DNA of 64,000 bases. Origin: a virus. Its lineage: Duplodnaviria > Caudoviricetes. Each line of letters opens with the position of its first letter. The stretch's first letter is position 1. The notes beneath the pieces were generated by a model, which worked only from the letters and a program-made list of their open reading frames with translations, was not told the origin of the DNA and did not search any database. The translations under genes were made by a program, and so were the position numbers. The stretch is taken from positions 1-64,000 of IMG/VR virus record IMGVR_UViG_3300029288_007102. One strand, 5' to 3'. This document shows positions 1-8,640 of this stretch, piece after piece.

Positions 1-228
1 GATCTCCCTCCAGAGTTAAAGGAATTGTTGGAACCTAAGGAAGATAAGATAAAGAGTGATAGTCTAATAAGGCCGCATACTCCGGAACAATTAATGTATC
101 TTAAAGGAGTTGGCCGGGAGAGATATATGGACAGAGGGCACGGACCTATTAAAGAAAGAGAAAAGGGAATTGTAAGTTTAGGGAACTACCTTTGGCACGG
201 ACCAACCAAAGATAGATAAGGGGTTTAG

Positions 229-408
229 GTGAAACGCAGGAAAGAGCCTTGGGAAAGAATTATAATTTTTGAAGACAAGAAAGGTAAGCGGGCGATTGGT
301 TGGCTGGGGAGAATCCAAGGATTCCTCTCAGCTTTGCCAGTTTCAGTATGGGTTAAGGGGAAGGTGATAGGGATTAAGATAAACTTCAAGAAGCTCTTTC
401 ATTTATAG
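229..408 (+). CDS. Small hypothetical protein (59 aa, not in ORF track)
   Basis: GTG start after AGGGG; MKRRKEPWERII...FHL*. Confidence 0.45.
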   Translation: MKRRKEPWERIIIFEDKKGKRAIGWLGRIQGFLSALPVSVWVKGKVIGIKINFKKLFHL

Positions 409-604
409 ACGCTAGAAGTGAAAGCCTAACAACAGCGGAATAAAGTAAAGGCTTTAAGGCTAAGGTGGGAATTAAGCCCTTGCTGTTTGGGTGAAGATAC
501 ACCTACGTCAGCTAACATTGGGGACGGTAGAATTTATCCAGTTCTATCCAATCCGTTAGCGACATTGCCAAGGATAACAATATCCCGAGAGGAGAGACTC
601 TTAA
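409..604 (+). ncRNA. omegaRNA/HEARO-like structured RNA upstream of IscB remnant
   Basis: Non-coding gap directly 5' of a PLMP ORF; helices GCTAAC511/GTTAGC555, ATTGG517/CCAAT548, TAGAA528/TTCTA542, AACAGC431/GCTGTT482; CTACGT and ACATTGCCAAGG motifs resembling IscB leaders. Confidence 0.5.
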
Positions 605-766
605 ATGAGTGAAGAAGTAAATAAAGTTTTTGTAGTAGATTGTGAAGGAACACCTTTGCTTCCTACGCATCCCGCTAGAAGTAGAAAATTGCTTAGAGAA
701 GGTAGGGCAAAAGTAATACAGATAATCCCATTTACTATCCAACTTAACTGGAGAAGAGCCTGTTAA
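605..766 (+). pseudogene. iscB: Truncated IscB (IS200/IS605 OMEGA nuclease), PLMP/RRXRR N-terminal domain only
   Basis: MSEEVNKVFVVDCEGTPLLPTHPARSRKLLREGRAKVIQIIPFTIQL matches the IscB N-terminal consensus VFV.D..G.PLMP..P..AR.LL..GKA.V....PFTI.L; stops after 53 aa; not in ORF track. Confidence 0.8.
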
Positions 767-767
767 G

Positions 768-935
768 ATGGAGGATCTTGGCACTGACACTTTCAAGCTT
801 GAGTTGACACATAGAGGTCTGGAAGCTCTTGATGAACATGTGGTTGCCAGGTTTGCCAGTAGAGTTAAATGGATGCTTGAAAATAACGGTAAGGAAGCTA
901 AGTATGTTGTAGTTAAGATAATTGGACTTGAATAG
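768..935 (+). CDS. Small ORF, possibly frameshifted IscB continuation
   Basis: MEDLGTDTFKLELTHRG... weakly recalls IscB RuvC-I (LGIDTG) and ELEHRG segments. Confidence 0.35.
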   Translation: MEDLGTDTFKLELTHRGLEALDEHVVARFASRVKWMLENNGKEAKYVVVKIIGLE

Positions 936-939
936 GAGA

Positions 940-1197
940 ATGAATATGCTGACAAAGGAAGCAGCCTTAAAGTTGTGTGTGGAGAACGACATAAAGATAG
1001 TGGGCGAGCTAGTGTGCGATCCCATTAATGGTTGGATTGACAAGAGCTTGGAGTATGAGCCAGGGTTCAGCGTCATCTGCCTTTTGAATATAACTGACGA
1101 CCTTTGTAAAGTGTGTTGTGGCCAGGAGGCCGTTCCACCTTGTGAGGTTGGCATGGAGACTTCCGGGGTGGTTGGTTCTCCTGGGAGGCTGAACTAG
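940..1197 (+). CDS. Hypothetical protein, Cys-containing
   Basis: ORF after AGGAG RBS. Confidence 0.55.
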   Translation: MNMLTKEAALKLCVENDIKIVGELVCDPINGWIDKSLEYEPGFSVICLLNITDDLCKVCCGQEAVPPCEVGMETSGVVGSPGRLN

Positions 1198-1207
1198 GGG
1201 GTAGAAT

Positions 1208-1405
1208 ATGAAGGACCTACTTGACGGATTGAACCCTACAGATAGAAAGAAAATGATTAGAACTATTGAGTATATGATTAAGGTGAACCGTAAGTGTCCT
1301 TGTTCTTTGGCAAAGCAGAAGGGTGCTAGGAAGCCGGATAAAGATAAGAATACAATTTTCTTTCCCCCCTGCGACAAATGTGGGTATGAGTGGGTAGGGT
1401 ATTAG
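1208..1405 (+). CDS. Hypothetical Zn-ribbon-like protein
   Basis: CPC...CDKCGYEW. Confidence 0.55.
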   Translation: MKDLLDGLNPTDRKKMIRTIEYMIKVNRKCPCSLAKQKGARKPDKDKNTIFFPPCDKCGYEWVGY

Positions 1406-1462
1406 GCAAGTACTAATTGTAAAGCAAATAGTATTTGATTAGTAGTTGGAGGAGGAAACACA

Positions 1463-1900
1463 ATGAATGAACATTGGAAGGAAGTATTGAATAAGGAGTT
1501 GGAAAGATTAAAGAAAGATCTTGAGGTTGCAACTTTCGAGTCCGAAAAAGAGACCATTAAAGGTTTGATTGTAAATACAGAAGAGTTGCTCCGGGATATA
1601 GATTCTTGGCCAAGAAAGACTGGAGACATTGTTGAGAGGGATGGAAGTAAATATGTCCATGTTGAGTATGATGTGGAATGTCCTTTAACATATAGTGCCT
1701 TGTGTAGAGCGTATCATAGAACTAATGTAGAGTTGAGGAAGCTTATGGTTCACGGTCCTAATGACCCAAAGGAGTTTAGGTTCCCTACAAAGGAGCTTAA
1801 CTTTTACGATATGGTAGATGAGTGGGTTACAGGAACGATAGAAGAGAAGAGGCTGCTAAAAGAACGGTGGCACGAGAAGACTGGCGAACCTATTGAATAG
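1463..1900 (+). CDS. Hypothetical protein
   Basis: GGAGG RBS, 145 aa. Confidence 0.7.
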   Translation: MNEHWKEVLNKELERLKKDLEVATFESEKETIKGLIVNTEELLRDIDSWPRKTGDIVERDGSKYVHVEYDVECPLTYSALCRAYHRTNVELRKLMVHGPNDPKEFRFPTKELNFYDMVDEWVTGTIEEKRLLKERWHEKTGEPIE

Positions 1901-2055
1901 GAGAATGAAATGAAAATTGTGAATGGCGAGATAAGAATGTCCCGGGAAGAATTTGAGGATGGTATAAACAAAACGGTAGAAGGTGTTCCTTTTATTTTAA
2001 TAGACGGGGAAGACGGCCAGCGGATCTGGAAGAAGGTTTGGATAGAGGAAGAGAT

Positions 2056-2280
2056 ATGACAGAATCCTTTGAAGAGATCCTCAAGCGTGCCAGAAAGAAT
2101 CTAGACGATTATTATAAGAGGTGTACCCCAGAGGAAGCCAAAGAGATGGACAGGATCCTCAACTTAGATCCTCTGATAGAAGCTTACCTCAGGCCGGAAT
2201 GGTTCAAGGAGCAACAGAAAGGTATTGGCTCAGAGGTGCCTAAGATCCCAAATGAAGAGTGGAAAGACTTGTTGGCATAG
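2056..2280 (+). CDS. Hypothetical protein
   Basis: ATG start overlapping upstream stop. Confidence 0.6.
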   Translation: MTESFEEILKRARKNLDDYYKRCTPEEAKEMDRILNLDPLIEAYLRPEWFKEQQKGIGSEVPKIPNEEWKDLLA

Positions 2281-2292
2281 AATGAGAGGAGA

Positions 2293-2589
2293 ATGAACAT
2301 GGACATAAAGAGGAAATTTAAGGAAAGGTTTTTGAATGAGTTGGCTGCCATTGAGGCGAATGTCAGATGTCTAGAGCGGCGGTTGGGGGAAGAAGACTTT
2401 ATCGCAATGGCTGCATACATCAGGTCTTTGACAGAAGGAGTTGCGGAGTTGAAAGAATTGATAGACGTTAAGGCAGCTGATCAGGCGGCATGGGAAGCGA
2501 AAGAGAAGATTAGGCTGGCAGTAGTTGGGGTTGATCCTACTGATGATAGTGGGGTAATGGCTACGTCATTCAGGCAGGAGGATTCATAG
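2293..2589 (+). CDS. Hypothetical coiled-coil protein
   Basis: GAGGAG RBS. Confidence 0.65.
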   Translation: MNMDIKRKFKERFLNELAAIEANVRCLERRLGEEDFIAMAAYIRSLTEGVAELKELIDVKAADQAAWEAKEKIRLAVVGVDPTDDSGVMATSFRQEDS

Positions 2590-2590
2590 A

Positions 2591-2776
2591 ATGGATAAAG
2601 AAAAGCGGAAGGCGATAGAGAAGGTTTTGAGGAAGTATAAACGGATAGTCAAACAGTTGGACTTCTCTGAGATAGGAACGCCGGAAGCCATAGCCGAAGA
2701 GACAATGATTTTATATAAAGAGTTTAGGGAGAGGTATAATGATCCCCGTAGAACAGGTGTTAGAAGATCTAAATAA
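2591..2776 (+). CDS. Hypothetical protein
   Basis: Packed ORF with GGAGG RBS. Confidence 0.55.
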   Translation: MDKEKRKAIEKVLRKYKRIVKQLDFSEIGTPEAIAEETMILYKEFRERYNDPRRTGVRRSK

Positions 2777-2903
2777 TTTAATTGCTATTCAACAGAAGGA
2801 TAATGAGACAGACGATTATATGCGTGGATTATATAATGGCCTGGTATTAGCCCGGGCTTTGATTACAGAGGAAGAACCGATCTACGAATGAAGGAGGAAT
2901 GAA

Positions 2904-3095
2904 ATGAAGATGACGAAGGAAGCAAAGATTTGGGTGGAGCAAGAGAAGCTCCGGCACAAGAGTTGTCTTAACAATCTTAAAAGGTATGCCCAGCAGATAG
3001 AGCTCATAGAAGAAACAATGGAGCTTGAGAGACAGCAGATGGCATTAATTATACAGGGTATAGAGAAATATAAAACTGAATGGGACAAAGCTTAA
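2904..3095 (+). CDS. Hypothetical coiled-coil protein
   Basis: GGAGG RBS. Confidence 0.6.
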   Translation: MKMTKEAKIWVEQEKLRHKSCLNNLKRYAQQIELIEETMELERQQMALIIQGIEKYKTEWDKA

Positions 3096-3119
3096 TCTTT
3101 GAATGAAAGGGGAATGAAT

Positions 3120-3491
3120 ATGTGGAACTGGAATTGGAAGAAGGAAAGAGCCGAACTGAATATGCATATAGAGTGTCTGGTAGAGAAAGGTAAAGCGGAC
3201 TTGCAGGCGATTGTCAACCTGGAGAAGCAGCTTGAAGAGGCCAGGCAGATAGAGGACTTTGAATACAAGGAAGGCCGCCCAACCTTGGTGATCAAGTTAG
3301 GGGATAAGGAAGCTAAGTGGATCCCCAGCCAAAAGCACTTTGATAAGGTAAGCAGGTTTGCAAAGAAATCCGGGCTGGACAAGAAGTTCAACATTCTCCT
3401 GTTTCACTATGGGATAGAGTTCATGGTGCCGGGAGATCCAGACTTTGAGAAGACCATAAAGATCTTGAAGGTTCTGGAGAAGAAGAAGTAG
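3120..3491 (+). CDS. Hypothetical protein with W-leader-like N-terminus (MWNWNWKKERA)
   Basis: Start adjusted to ATG after GGGG RBS. Confidence 0.65.
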   Translation: MWNWNWKKERAELNMHIECLVEKGKADLQAIVNLEKQLEEARQIEDFEYKEGRPTLVIKLGDKEAKWIPSQKHFDKVSRFAKKSGLDKKFNILLFHYGIEFMVPGDPDFEKTIKILKVLEKKK

Positions 3492-3500
3492 GGAGGGGTT

Positions 3501-3686
3501 ATGTCTTTGTTAACGATTGTTTTAGTAATAGTGGTAGTTGGGATTTTGCTCTGGCTAGCCAATAGTTATCTGCCGATGGCTGCGAGCATTAAGAAGCTCT
3601 TGAATATTGTGGTGGTTGTGGTGATGGTCATTTGGTTGTTAAAGGTATTTGGTCTATGGAATTATATTGACAAAGTACACATCTAG
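3501..3686 (+). CDS. Two-TM small membrane protein (Thivi_2564-like)
   Basis: LLWLANSYLPMAASIKKLLNIVVVVVMVIWLLKVFG pattern. Confidence 0.7.
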   Translation: MSLLTIVLVIVVVGILLWLANSYLPMAASIKKLLNIVVVVVMVIWLLKVFGLWNYIDKVHI

Positions 3687-3695
3687 AGGTGAAGA

Positions 3696-3887
3696 ATGAA
3701 AGAGAAGATGAAAGTAAGCCAAGACAGACCTTGTGGATATTTCAGGCCTTTACCGTATCTGATTATATGTGGTGGTGGCGGAATTGGGGGATGCAGCAGG
3801 AAGCCTTCCAGCAAGAAGGACCCTGGGGAGACAAGGTGTAAGGGTGTGATCGCAGACTGCGATTATTACAAGAGGTTGAAGGGGTAA
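3696..3887 (+). CDS. Small Cys-rich hypothetical protein
   Basis: GAGG RBS. Confidence 0.5.
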   Translation: MKEKMKVSQDRPCGYFRPLPYLIICGGGGIGGCSRKPSSKKDPGETRCKGVIADCDYYKRLKG

Positions 3888-3892
3888 AGGGA

Positions 3893-4174
3893 ATGTGGGG
3901 ATATTATACAGTACCGCATGGTGATCTAGTAAAGTCTGGCCTAGTGTGCCCGGTGTGCCATATGGAGTTGTTGGAATTAGATAAGTTGCTTTCACCTCCA
4001 TTGAAATTTGTAAGGTGTGAAACGATCCAGATTGCCGGAAGGGTTATTGGTTGTGGCTGGGAGATGGATTGGCAGAAGCGGAAAGATCCACATGCCCGGG
4101 TGACACAGGAAGAGATAGATCAATACTTTAAGGAGAATGTGAATGAACGAACTAGAAAAGACGAAGGTGTATGA
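3893..4174 (+). CDS. Hypothetical Zn-finger protein
   Basis: CPVC...C...GCGW. Confidence 0.55.
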   Translation: MWGYYTVPHGDLVKSGLVCPVCHMELLELDKLLSPPLKFVRCETIQIAGRVIGCGWEMDWQKRKDPHARVTQEEIDQYFKENVNERTRKDEGV

Positions 4175-4487
4175 GGAATGCAGAGATAGTGCGAATGGGT
4201 TGCTTAAATTATCTGTAGCGGTGCCAGGGCTTTCAAATTTAGAGTCAACAGTATTTAGGTGCTACGTTACGGATTACCTGGCGAAGGAGAAGGGGTTAAA
4301 GCTTATAACAAAGATCCCAGGCATTCCTGGTTTACCTATTTACGAGGACACAAAAGGAGCTTTAAGTAAAGTATCTTATGAAGAGTTTAAACTATTGATA
4401 GATAAATTCAAAAAGAAACTTCCTTTAAAAGAAGTGAAAGAAGGAGAAGTGATTCATATCACCTATTCTGAAGGAGCAACAGAATGA
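4143..4487 (+). CDS. Hypothetical protein
   Basis: AGGAG RBS, overlaps neighbours. Confidence 0.6.
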   Translation: MNELEKTKVYEECRDSANGLLKLSVAVPGLSNLESTVFRCYVTDYLAKEKGLKLITKIPGIPGLPIYEDTKGALSKVSYEEFKLLIDKFKKKLPLKEVKEGEVIHITYSEGATE

Positions 4488-5035
4488 ACTGGGAACGCAG
4501 GGCTGATGAAGGAAAACGCAGGACCAAAGACAAAATAGAGAAGACTGAGACTAAAGAAGTTAACAGTAAGTTTATGACTATGCGTCATATAGAAACAGTA
4601 AGGAATGGTTTGACTGCGGTAGTTAAAGAACTTTTAGATAGGGCGATAGATCATGACCAGACCAAGCTAGAGGAACCTGAGGTTGGATATTATGACCAGG
4701 CCACTCCTAAGCTTAGGGGGATAACATATGGATCGCCGGAATATAAAGCGATAATGAAAGAGATCAAGCCAGCCATAGATCATCACCAGGGAAACAACAG
4801 GCATCACCCGGAGTACTTTAAGAATGGTATAAAGGAAATGAACCTGGTAGACCTGATCGAGATGATCGTGGACTGGAAGGCCGCCTCAATGCGGCATGGC
4901 GATGGGGATATAATGAAGAGCATTAAGATGAACAAGGAGCGGTTTGGTTATTCGGACGAACTGGAGCAGATCTTCTTGAATACGGTCAAGTGGTTGGAGA
5001 CGACCAAGTTTAAGAATAAGGCAGAGGAGTCTTAG
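4484..5035 (+). CDS. DUF5662-like HD-type protein with MNWERRA leader
   Basis: HIETV...HDQTKL...HHQGNNRHHPEYF...MNLVDLIEMIVDW motif series. Confidence 0.75.
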   Translation: MNWERRADEGKRRTKDKIEKTETKEVNSKFMTMRHIETVRNGLTAVVKELLDRAIDHDQTKLEEPEVGYYDQATPKLRGITYGSPEYKAIMKEIKPAIDHHQGNNRHHPEYFKNGIKEMNLVDLIEMIVDWKAASMRHGDGDIMKSIKMNKERFGYSDELEQIFLNTVKWLETTKFKNKAEES

Positions 5036-5248
5036 GTGAATTGGAACAAAGGATTGTCTATGGAAAGATTTGAAGAGCTCCGGCAGGTTGCTAAAGAGGT
5101 AGCGAGGAAGCTGACAGGTAGGCATGAGGCTGAGGAGCTGGTTAAGGGTATAGAGAAAGCTCAGACCTTGATGGGTATAAAGCGGACATTTGAAGCCCGG
5201 GGATTTAAGACTGAGTTTGAAGATATGATGATAGAGTTCTTTAAATAG
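5036..5248 (+). CDS. W-leader small protein (MNWNKG)
   Basis: GTG start, GAGGAG RBS. Confidence 0.7.
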   Translation: MNWNKGLSMERFEELRQVAKEVARKLTGRHEAEELVKGIEKAQTLMGIKRTFEARGFKTEFEDMMIEFFK

Positions 5249-5256
5249 GAGATTAG

Positions 5257-5436
5257 ATGAAAAAGGAAATATATACCCAAGCCGAATGGAAGAAGATTGA
5301 AAAGTTGGCCGGGCAGAAAAGTGTTAAGTTCACGGACAAGCAAGCCAGGGTTTTCTTGCGAGAGATAGGAAACCTGAGGTTTGAGATCAAAGACCTGGAA
5401 GAAGAGATAGAGAGTATGGCTGGGGTGGATAAATAA
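5257..5436 (+). CDS. Small hypothetical protein (not in ORF track)
   Basis: AGGAG RBS; MKKEIYTQAEWKKIEKLA... Confidence 0.6.
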   Translation: MKKEIYTQAEWKKIEKLAGQKSVKFTDKQARVFLREIGNLRFEIKDLEEEIESMAGVDK

Positions 5437-5448
5437 TTAGGGGGCAAT

Positions 5449-6189
5449 ATGAACTGGGTAAAGGCTTCTGATGCAGAAGAGTTTCATAAGTTTCGCCAAT
5501 GGATTTATGATAGTTTTCCTTGGGTTAGTAAAAATGAAGCTTTGGCTGAGGCTATATGGCGAGCCCACAATAACAGGGAGATTGATGAGGCTCTCGTAAA
5601 GAATGCTCCAGATGAGAATGTTTCTGTTATGGATATGTTAAGGGGTTATAAAAATTGGTTAGGTGGTAAGGAAGCTAGTAGTGGAGGGGACAATATGAAC
5701 TGGGTAAAGGAAGCTGGAGATAAGGGGTTTGAGGAGCAGGTCCAACGCTTGGCCGAGGAAGGCTGGAAGTATTATGAGTCTCTGCCTACGGGAGTTTCCC
5801 CTGATGCTGACGACATTGCTAATTATGTAATGGATATGTTGATGGAAGATTTACCTGCATTTAAAACCGTTAAAGAGTATGATGATTTCTTTGATCGAAT
5901 ATATACCATAGTAACTGGCGGGAAAGACCTTGAAGAGAAAGAGGCTGCGGCAGGCGGGAAGAAAGGTGCCTGGTGTCCTAAGTGTGGGGAGCCTCTACAG
6001 GAAGAGACTGACGAAGACTTGAAGAAAGAATATCCATATGTTTGTTTAAATTGTGATGAAAACTTTTATGGGATCGAGACATTAGAAGATCCGGAGAAAG
6101 CCGAATACTTAAGGGGGAAAATGGAAGAGTGGAATTCTCTTAGTCCGGAAGAGAAAGATAAGAGAAGTAAAGAGTTCTTAAATCTTTAG
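5449..6189 (+). CDS. W-leader fusion protein (MNWVKAS; second leader MNWVKEA at 5695; C-terminal Zn ribbon)
   Basis: Internal GGAGGGG RBS + ATG at 5695; CPKC...CLNC. Confidence 0.8.
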   Translation: MNWVKASDAEEFHKFRQWIYDSFPWVSKNEALAEAIWRAHNNREIDEALVKNAPDENVSVMDMLRGYKNWLGGKEASSGGDNMNWVKEAGDKGFEEQVQRLAEEGWKYYESLPTGVSPDADDIANYVMDMLMEDLPAFKTVKEYDDFFDRIYTIVTGGKDLEEKEAAAGGKKGAWCPKCGEPLQEETDEDLKKEYPYVCLNCDENFYGIETLEDPEKAEYLRGKMEEWNSLSPEEKDKRSKEFLNL

Positions 6190-6199
6190 GGGGATATAT

Positions 6200-6424
6200 A
6201 TGAATTGGGTGAAGAAAGCTGATATTCCAAGGAAGAAATATAAGGTGGTAGTCAATGTCCAATTGGCTTATGTGGTAGAGGCCCCTGATGAGGCAATAGC
6301 CAAACAGACAGTAGAGAATGTAGAGCTGCCAAAGTATTATGTGGAAGACAGCCTCCAGTTTGAAGAGATCGTTCCAGCGACACCTGAAGAAGTGAATTTA
6401 TATTCTGTGGAAGAGTTTATATAG
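6200..6424 (+). CDS. W-leader small protein (MNWVKKA), VEA-x-x-E-x-x-A module
   Basis: Leader plus VVEAPDEAIAK. Confidence 0.75.
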   Translation: MNWVKKADIPRKKYKVVVNVQLAYVVEAPDEAIAKQTVENVELPKYYVEDSLQFEEIVPATPEEVNLYSVEEFI

Positions 6425-6433
6425 GAGGATTAA

Positions 6434-6745
6434 ATGGGTTGGGTAAAGAAGGCTGATGGGGGAAGCAATGCTGACATTAAAGATAATAAATATGTAGGCC
6501 GGGCCCCTGAGGGGTATGTGGTTGTAGCCTACGCCGATGAGATTGAGCAGAAGTTTATCGGCGGGGAAGAGTTGGCTGATACCGCCGATAAGGTAAGTCG
6601 TTCTGATTATGAGGACTGGGATGTTGTCAATGACATGGAGCCGAACATTGCGGTAGTGAAAGAATCTGATATGGCAGCCATAGAAGAGATGTATGAGAAG
6701 ATCAAAGAGCTTATTAATAAATCTGATGTTCAACCTGCGGACTAA
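6434..6745 (+). CDS. W-leader small protein (MGWVKKA)
   Basis: GGAGG RBS and leader. Confidence 0.75.
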   Translation: MGWVKKADGGSNADIKDNKYVGRAPEGYVVVAYADEIEQKFIGGEELADTADKVSRSDYEDWDVVNDMEPNIAVVKESDMAAIEEMYEKIKELINKSDVQPAD

Positions 6746-6754
6746 GGAGATTAT

Positions 6755-6952
6755 ATGAGTTGGACTAAAAAGGAAGCTGGAATAAAGGAAGCCCAATTGG
6801 CCGCCTTGGCATCGAGGATGCTTGGGGCTTTATATCAGGCTCTGCCTGTGCTTGGCGATCTGGTGCGGGAAGGTAATGACTGGGACGAATTAAATGAAGC
6901 CTATGAAGCGGTCAAAGGTGTGATCGCTGAGGCGGAGGGATCGATAAAATGA
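6755..6952 (+). CDS. W-leader helical hairpin protein, paralog 1 (MSWTKKEA)
   Basis: LY...L..L...AIA.AE pattern shared with next two ORFs. Confidence 0.75.
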   Translation: MSWTKKEAGIKEAQLAALASRMLGALYQALPVLGDLVREGNDWDELNEAYEAVKGVIAEAEGSIK

Positions 6953-7155
6953 ACTGGACAAAGACCGCTTTGCGTCCTGGAGAAGTAATGTCTGATGAGT
7001 TAAAAAAGGTAGCCCTTGTAGGAGAGTTATATACAGGTTGTGTCTATGCATTAAATGAGCTTGAGAATCCACACTCAAATAAAGAGAACCGGAAAGAAAC
7101 TATTGAATATTTAAAGGGTGCTATAGCTGACGCTAAAGCACAGGGGGTAGAATAG
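6949..7155 (+). CDS. W-leader helical hairpin protein, paralog 2 (MNWTKTA)
   Basis: LYTGCVYALNEL...AIADAKA. Confidence 0.75.
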   Translation: MNWTKTALRPGEVMSDELKKVALVGELYTGCVYALNELENPHSNKENRKETIEYLKGAIADAKAQGVE

Positions 7156-7364
7156 TGAACTGGATAAAGACGGCTATGGTACCATCTAAAGAGATTGATA
7201 CGCTTGTGGATGTTGCTACAGATTTATATAATGCTAGCGTTAGTGCCTTGAATGAGCTTAAAGGGGAATACCCCGGCCAACACCAGTCCTCAGATCACAA
7301 GGCTCTTACTATCCAAGGATTAGAGCAGGCTATCGCTAAGGCAGAAGAGGCATTCCACCAATGA
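7155..7364 (+). CDS. W-leader helical hairpin protein, paralog 3 (MNWIKTA)
   Basis: LYNASVSALNEL...AIAKAEE. Confidence 0.75.
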   Translation: MNWIKTAMVPSKEIDTLVDVATDLYNASVSALNELKGEYPGQHQSSDHKALTIQGLEQAIAKAEEAFHQ

Positions 7365-7660
7365 ACTGGACAAAGGCTAACCTTTCAACCACACCAATAG
7401 ACCTGGGCAAGATAGATCCGGCTAATGCGGATAAGGAGATGCTCAGGGTCTCTATTATCTCTGAGTTGGATGCTATCAACCTTTATGAACAGTTCGCTGA
7501 TATGACTGATGACCCAGAGATCAAGAAGGTTATGTTGTCGGTAGCCAAAGAAGAGAAGACCCATGTGTCGGAATTCAAGACTTTATTAAACAAATTAGAT
7601 CCGGAGCAAGTACAAGAAGACGCAGCCGGGAAGAAAGAAGTAGGGGGGGAACCTAAATGA
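7361..7660 (+). CDS. Encapsulin-cargo-type ferritin-like protein (Flp/EncFtn family) with MNWTKA leader
   Basis: LRVSIISELDAINLYEQ...VAKEEKTHVSEF..LL..LDPEQ; di-iron E and ExxH ligands. Confidence 0.85.
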   Translation: MNWTKANLSTTPIDLGKIDPANADKEMLRVSIISELDAINLYEQFADMTDDPEIKKVMLSVAKEEKTHVSEFKTLLNKLDPEQVQEDAAGKKEVGGEPK

Positions 7661-7887
7661 GCTGGATCAAGAAGGCGAAGGATTCTAATAAGAAAGAATA
7701 CCAGATGCCGTTTGTGTTTTATGGGAATGTGTTGGTTGAGGCAGAAGATGAAAGTGAGGCTCATGAGTTGGCTTCGGCAAATATAGATAAGATCTTCAAG
7801 TTAGCTCAGGATGCAGCTAAAGACCTTGACGGGACACTGAATGATTATGAAAGACAAGAGTTGGTAGACACCAGCACAGGGAAGTAG
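7657..7887 (+). CDS. W-leader small protein (MSWIKKA)
   Basis: Leader plus VEAEDESEAHELA. Confidence 0.75.
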   Translation: MSWIKKAKDSNKKEYQMPFVFYGNVLVEAEDESEAHELASANIDKIFKLAQDAAKDLDGTLNDYERQELVDTSTGK

Positions 7888-7893
7888 GGGTAT

Positions 7894-8061
7894 ATGACCT
7901 GGATAAAGAAGGCAGAGGAAGAAGGCGACCTAGGCTGGTACACAATAGATCTTCTAGGGTTGGATTCCCTAAATTTCTTTTTAATGAAAGACTACTCAGG
8001 CGAGACGGTAAAGATAGTTGTGGTAAGAGAAAAGAAGAAGGAATCAAATGAGACCACGTAA
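7894..8061 (+). CDS. W-leader small protein (MTWIKKA, 55 aa, not in ORF track)
   Basis: AGGGG RBS, ATG at 7894. Confidence 0.7.
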   Translation: MTWIKKAEEEGDLGWYTIDLLGLDSLNFFLMKDYSGETVKIVVVREKKKESNETT

Positions 8062-8422
8062 AGAATTCCAGGAAGTCGCATTTATTAATTGGACACACAA
8101 TAGATCTCCGGAAGGCAAGATTCTCTGGGGACCAGACAATCTCCCGGTACACTGGTGGGAGGCTCAAGTAGGCAGCTTTAATGGGATCTTGGTAATGAGG
8201 CAGAATCCGGAGAAGACCACTTACAATATAATCTATAAAGACAATTCCACTGACAGGTATTGCAACGAACCGCATTACGATAAAGCTTTGGTCACGGCCA
8301 TAGAGATGATTGAACGGAGAATGATTGAGTTGGGTGTAAAGTATAATGTGGAAGACGCACACGACCTTTGGTGGGATAGTAGGAATAAATTAAATGATGA
8401 AGTCAACAGGAGGGTAAGATGA
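8048..8422 (+). CDS. Hypothetical protein
   Basis: Packed ORF. Confidence 0.6.
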   Translation: MRPRKEFQEVAFINWTHNRSPEGKILWGPDNLPVHWWEAQVGSFNGILVMRQNPEKTTYNIIYKDNSTDRYCNEPHYDKALVTAIEMIERRMIELGVKYNVEDAHDLWWDSRNKLNDEVNRRVR

Positions 8423-8640
8423 AGTTGACGATAAACATTAGCAAAGAGAATATACAAAATATCCAAAGGATGTTAAAAGTTAATGGATATGAACCGCTTG
8501 ATCAATCAGCTCTACAAGAGATTTTAGAGATAAAGGCGGAAGAAATAATGGAGTTTCATTTTGATCATGAAGGGTTGATAGAGTTTTTTACTGAACTAGT
8601 TGATGCAGGAGAATTAGATAAGATTGGGGAGGAGAAATAA
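8419..8640 (+). CDS. Hypothetical protein, paralog of next ORF
   Basis: MKLTINISKE..I..M....GYEP. Confidence 0.7.
   Translation: MKLTINISKENIQNIQRMLKVNGYEPLDQSALQEILEIKAEEIMEFHFDHEGLIEFFTELVDAGELDKIGEEK

Noticed and set aside
480-525. c-di-AMP (ydaO) riboswitch-like words TTTGGGTGAA and GTCAGCTAAC
   Set aside because: Other conserved elements are not seen; position directly before an IscB PLMP ORF favours omega/HEARO RNA
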